Shown one piece after another: positions 25,494 through 27,959 of a DNA stretch of 27,959 nt (within the stretch, counting starts at the first letter, position 1; every line of letters begins with the position of its first letter). The notes beneath the pieces were generated by a model, which saw only the letters and a list, made by a program, of their open reading frames with translations, had not been told where the DNA came from and did not search any database. Made by a program: the position numbers and the translations under genes. The DNA comes from a virus (Duplodnaviria; Caudoviricetes). The DNA is taken from IMG/VR virus record IMGVR_UViG_3300045136_000895, positions 1-27,959 of that record; one strand, 5' to 3'.

Positions 25494-25706
25494 ATGCCCC
25501 TGCCGACCCCGATCAACCACCACCTCCCACCGCACCTCCGCGAGGTCTGCGACCTTCTCGCCCGCGGCCTGGTGCGGCTGCGCAGCCGCGCTGCCGAGGA
25601 TGATGCGCGGGATGCCGAGATAGCTCGGGGGGCGGGAGACGGTCGCCTACACTCCACCGCCCGGCAGCGCCGTCATGCGAACCCCAAGAGAGAGGGAGTC
25701 GCATGA
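25494..25706 (+). CDS. Small hypothetical protein preceding DUF2924
   Basis: 70 aa; LREVCDLLARGLVRLRSR; ATGA overlap with DUF2924. Confidence 0.65.
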   Translation: MPLPTPINHHLPPHLREVCDLLARGLVRLRSRAAEDDARDAEIARGAGDGRLHSTARQRRHANPKREGVA

Positions 25707-26221
25707 CCCGAGCATCCACAACCCAGCGTCGGCGGCAGGAGGCAGCGCCGGCGGCACCCACCGTCCCGAAGATCCCGCCCGCGCAGGTCCTGCCGCGCCT
25801 GGCCGCGCTGCGGGCCGCGACCGCGCCCGAACTGAAGGAGCAGTGGCGAGCCTTGTTTGGCAAGGAGCCACCACCGTTCAACCGGCCCTACCTGGTCAGT
25901 CGGCTGGCCTACCGCATCCAGGAACTGGCCTATGGCGGGCTGAAGCCGGAGACGCGGGCACGGCTCGAGGCGCTGGGTGAGCAGCTCGATGGCGGCAACG
26001 TGGTGCTGCGCCGGATCCGTGCCGACAGCCGGCCGCTGGCGGGGACGCGGCTCATCCGCGAGTACGACGGCGTGCAGCACGTGGTCACGGTGCGCGCCGA
26101 CGACTTCGAGTACGAGGGCCGTCCGTACCGGTCGCTCTCCGCCATCGCGCGGCACATCACTGGCACGCGCTGGAACGGCTGGGTGTTCTTCGGGCTGCGC
26201 CAGCCGGGAGGCTCCGCATGA
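25703..26221 (+). CDS. DUF2924 domain-containing protein
   Basis: 172 aa; LAYRIQELAYGGL, GTRLIREYDG, YRSLSAIARHITGTRWNGWVFFGL. Confidence 0.9.
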   Translation: MTRASTTQRRRQEAAPAAPTVPKIPPAQVLPRLAALRAATAPELKEQWRALFGKEPPPFNRPYLVSRLAYRIQELAYGGLKPETRARLEALGEQLDGGNVVLRRIRADSRPLAGTRLIREYDGVQHVVTVRADDFEYEGRPYRSLSAIARHITGTRWNGWVFFGLRQPGGSA

Positions 26222-27570
26222 GGGCGCGTGCCGCCGCCGGCATGGCAATGCCGGCCACCACGAAGAAGCTGCGCTGCGCAGTCTACACGCGGAAGTCCAC
26301 CGACGAGGGCTTGGACAAGGAGTTCAACACGCTCGACGCGCAGCGCGAAGCCTGCGAGGCCTACGTGGCCAGCCAGCGCGCCGAGGGCTGGGTGCTGGTC
26401 CGCGATCGGTATGACGATGGCGGCTACTCCGGCGGCACACTGGAGCGTCCTGCGTTGAAGCGACTGCTGGCCGACATCGAAGCCGGGCTGGTCGACGTGA
26501 TCGTCGTTTACAAGATCGACCGATTGTCCCGCTCGCTGATGGACTTCGCCAAGCTGGTGGAGACGTTCGAGGCGCACCGTGTGACCTTTGTCTCGGTCAC
26601 GCAGTCCTTCAACACGACGACCAGCATGGGGCGGCTGACGCTGAACATCCTGCTGAGCTTTGCGCAGTTCGAGCGCGAGGTGATCGGTGAGCGCATCCGG
26701 GACAAGGTCGCCGCATCGAAGGCGCGCGGCATGTGGATGGGGGGCAAGGTGCCGCTCGGGTACGACGTCGCCAGCCGTAAGCTCGTCGTGAACGAAGGTG
26801 AGGCGATGCGGGTGCGGCGCGTGTTCAAGCTCTTTGTGGAGACCGGCTCCGGCGTCGAGACGGTGCACCGCCTACAGGCTGAAGGTGTCACGGCGAAGTC
26901 GGGCCGGCCGCTCGACAAGGGCGACGTCTACAAGATCCTGAACCTGCGGACGTACATCGGGGAGGTCACGCACAAGGGGAACGTCTATCGCGGTGAACAC
27001 GAGGCGATCGTGCCCCGGGACCTGTGGGACCGGGCTCATGCCATCCTGCAGCTCAGCCCGCGCACCAGGGCAGCGCGGAACCGGCAGCACGCGCCGGCGC
27101 TGCTGAAGGGGCTGATCTACGGCGTGGACGGCCGGGCGCTGTCGCCGACGCACTGCGTGAAGCGCGGGAAGCACTACCGCTACTACGTGGCTCAGCGCGT
27201 CCTGAAGGGCGACGCGGATGGCGACGACGGTATCGTGCGCCGGGTGTCCGCTGCGCAGATCGAGGCCGCGGTGATCAGCCAGGTCCGCGCCCTGCTGCGC
27301 CAGCCGGAGATCGTGGTCGGCACCTGGCTCGCGGCGCGGCGCGAGGCGCCGGACCTGACCGAATGCGAGGTTCGGGGCGCACTGCATCGGCTCGACCCTC
27401 TGTGGGAGGAGTTGTTCCCCGCCGAGCAGGCGCGGATCGCGCGGGCGCTGGTGGAGCGGGTGGTCGTCGGACCCGCCGGCGCCGACATCCGCCTGCGCGT
27501 CGAGGGGCTGGCCGGTTTGGTCCGCGACCTCACGGCGATCGCACCCGAAGCGCTGAGGGCTGCCGCATGA
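26218..27570 (+). CDS. Large serine recombinase (integrase)
   Basis: 450 aa; AVYTRKST catalytic Ser, DDGGYSGGTLERPAL, YKIDRLSRS, FAQFERE, PLGY, HEAIV; start may be 26242 or 26248. Confidence 0.95.
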   Translation: MRARAAAGMAMPATTKKLRCAVYTRKSTDEGLDKEFNTLDAQREACEAYVASQRAEGWVLVRDRYDDGGYSGGTLERPALKRLLADIEAGLVDVIVVYKIDRLSRSLMDFAKLVETFEAHRVTFVSVTQSFNTTTSMGRLTLNILLSFAQFEREVIGERIRDKVAASKARGMWMGGKVPLGYDVASRKLVVNEGEAMRVRRVFKLFVETGSGVETVHRLQAEGVTAKSGRPLDKGDVYKILNLRTYIGEVTHKGNVYRGEHEAIVPRDLWDRAHAILQLSPRTRAARNRQHAPALLKGLIYGVDGRALSPTHCVKRGKHYRYYVAQRVLKGDADGDDGIVRRVSAAQIEAAVISQVRALLRQPEIVVGTWLAARREAPDLTECEVRGALHRLDPLWEELFPAEQARIARALVERVVVGPAGADIRLRVEGLAGLVRDLTAIAPEALRAAA

Positions 27571-27959
27571 CTGCCGCGACGAGCATCACGGTTCGAGTGC
27601 CACTGAAGATCCGCAGGCGGCCAGGGCGGAAGACGGTAGTCACACCAACGGCAGGGGAGGCTGGCGGCGGAACCATCCCAACGCGAGCGGACCCGGCGCT
27701 GGTGAAGGCGCTGGCGCGGGCGTTTCGGTACCAGAAGCTGCTGGATGAGGGGCGATACGCCTCGATCACTGAGATGGCCGCCGCGGAGCGGATCGAACGG
27801 GGATACCTGGGCAGCCTACTGCGGCTGACACTGCTGGCGCCGGACCTGGTGGAGCAGCTGATGGACGGAAAGGCGAGTTGTGCCGCGACGCTGCCCGAAC
27901 TGCTCCAGCCGTTTTCGGCAATCTGGAAGCACCAGAAAATATCTCAAAGAACTCAGTGA
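27567..27959 (+). CDS. Recombinase-associated HTH protein
   Basis: 130 aa from ATG 27567 (ATGA overlap); DPALVKALARAFRYQKLL, LLRLTLLAPDLVE, like the C-terminal tail of longer recombinases of this family. Confidence 0.75.
   Translation: MTAATSITVRVPLKIRRRPGRKTVVTPTAGEAGGGTIPTRADPALVKALARAFRYQKLLDEGRYASITEMAAAERIERGYLGSLLRLTLLAPDLVEQLMDGKASCAATLPELLQPFSAIWKHQKISQRTQ

Larger units (their letters stand above)
1..27959. mobile_element. Temperate lambda-like prophage (partial): integration, control, replication, packaging and head modules
   Basis: Continuous phage gene order from serine recombinase to portal and capsid, with many ATGA/TGATG overlaps; no host housekeeping genes; both boundaries lie outside the window. 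Confidence 0.95.

Noticed and set aside
27900-27959. Prophage attachment site near the right edge
   Set aside because: The window ends at the last stop codon and no partner repeat is visible, so att cannot be called

Overview
The whole window is part of a temperate, lambda-like (cos/GpA-terminase) prophage from a very GC-rich bacterium; the gene families suggest an alphaproteobacterium (inference). Reading from the right end: an integration module on + (small ORF, DUF2924, large serine recombinase, downstream accessory ORF); a control module on + (ImmA/IrrE HExxH metallopeptidase, XRE repressor, HTH protein) divergent from a phage sigma-like factor; a leftward recombination/replication operon (AAA_24/Sak4-like ATPase, putative SSB, DUF6511, Cas4-like nuclease, RecD-like helicase, Toprim-VapE primase/helicase, iteron origin, RuvC-like resolvase, DUF6456); a BstA anti-phage gene; a lambda-like cos region; two tandem ParB-DNA methyltransferases; a counter-oriented DUF3489 cassette; and terS, terL, gpW, an inserted vapBC, portal and a protease-capsid fusion that runs off the left edge. 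The best non-obvious signals are the BstA moron with a candidate aba region, two outward-facing copies of a bipartite promoter-like motif that may be read by the phage sigma factor, a cosQ/cosN-like site whose 10-bp repeat recurs inside a methyltransferase gene, and an ORF with an AcrVA2/FinQ-like C-terminal motif. Family assignments come from recognised motifs and gene order, not from database searches. The att sites and tail/lysis genes are not visible in the window.
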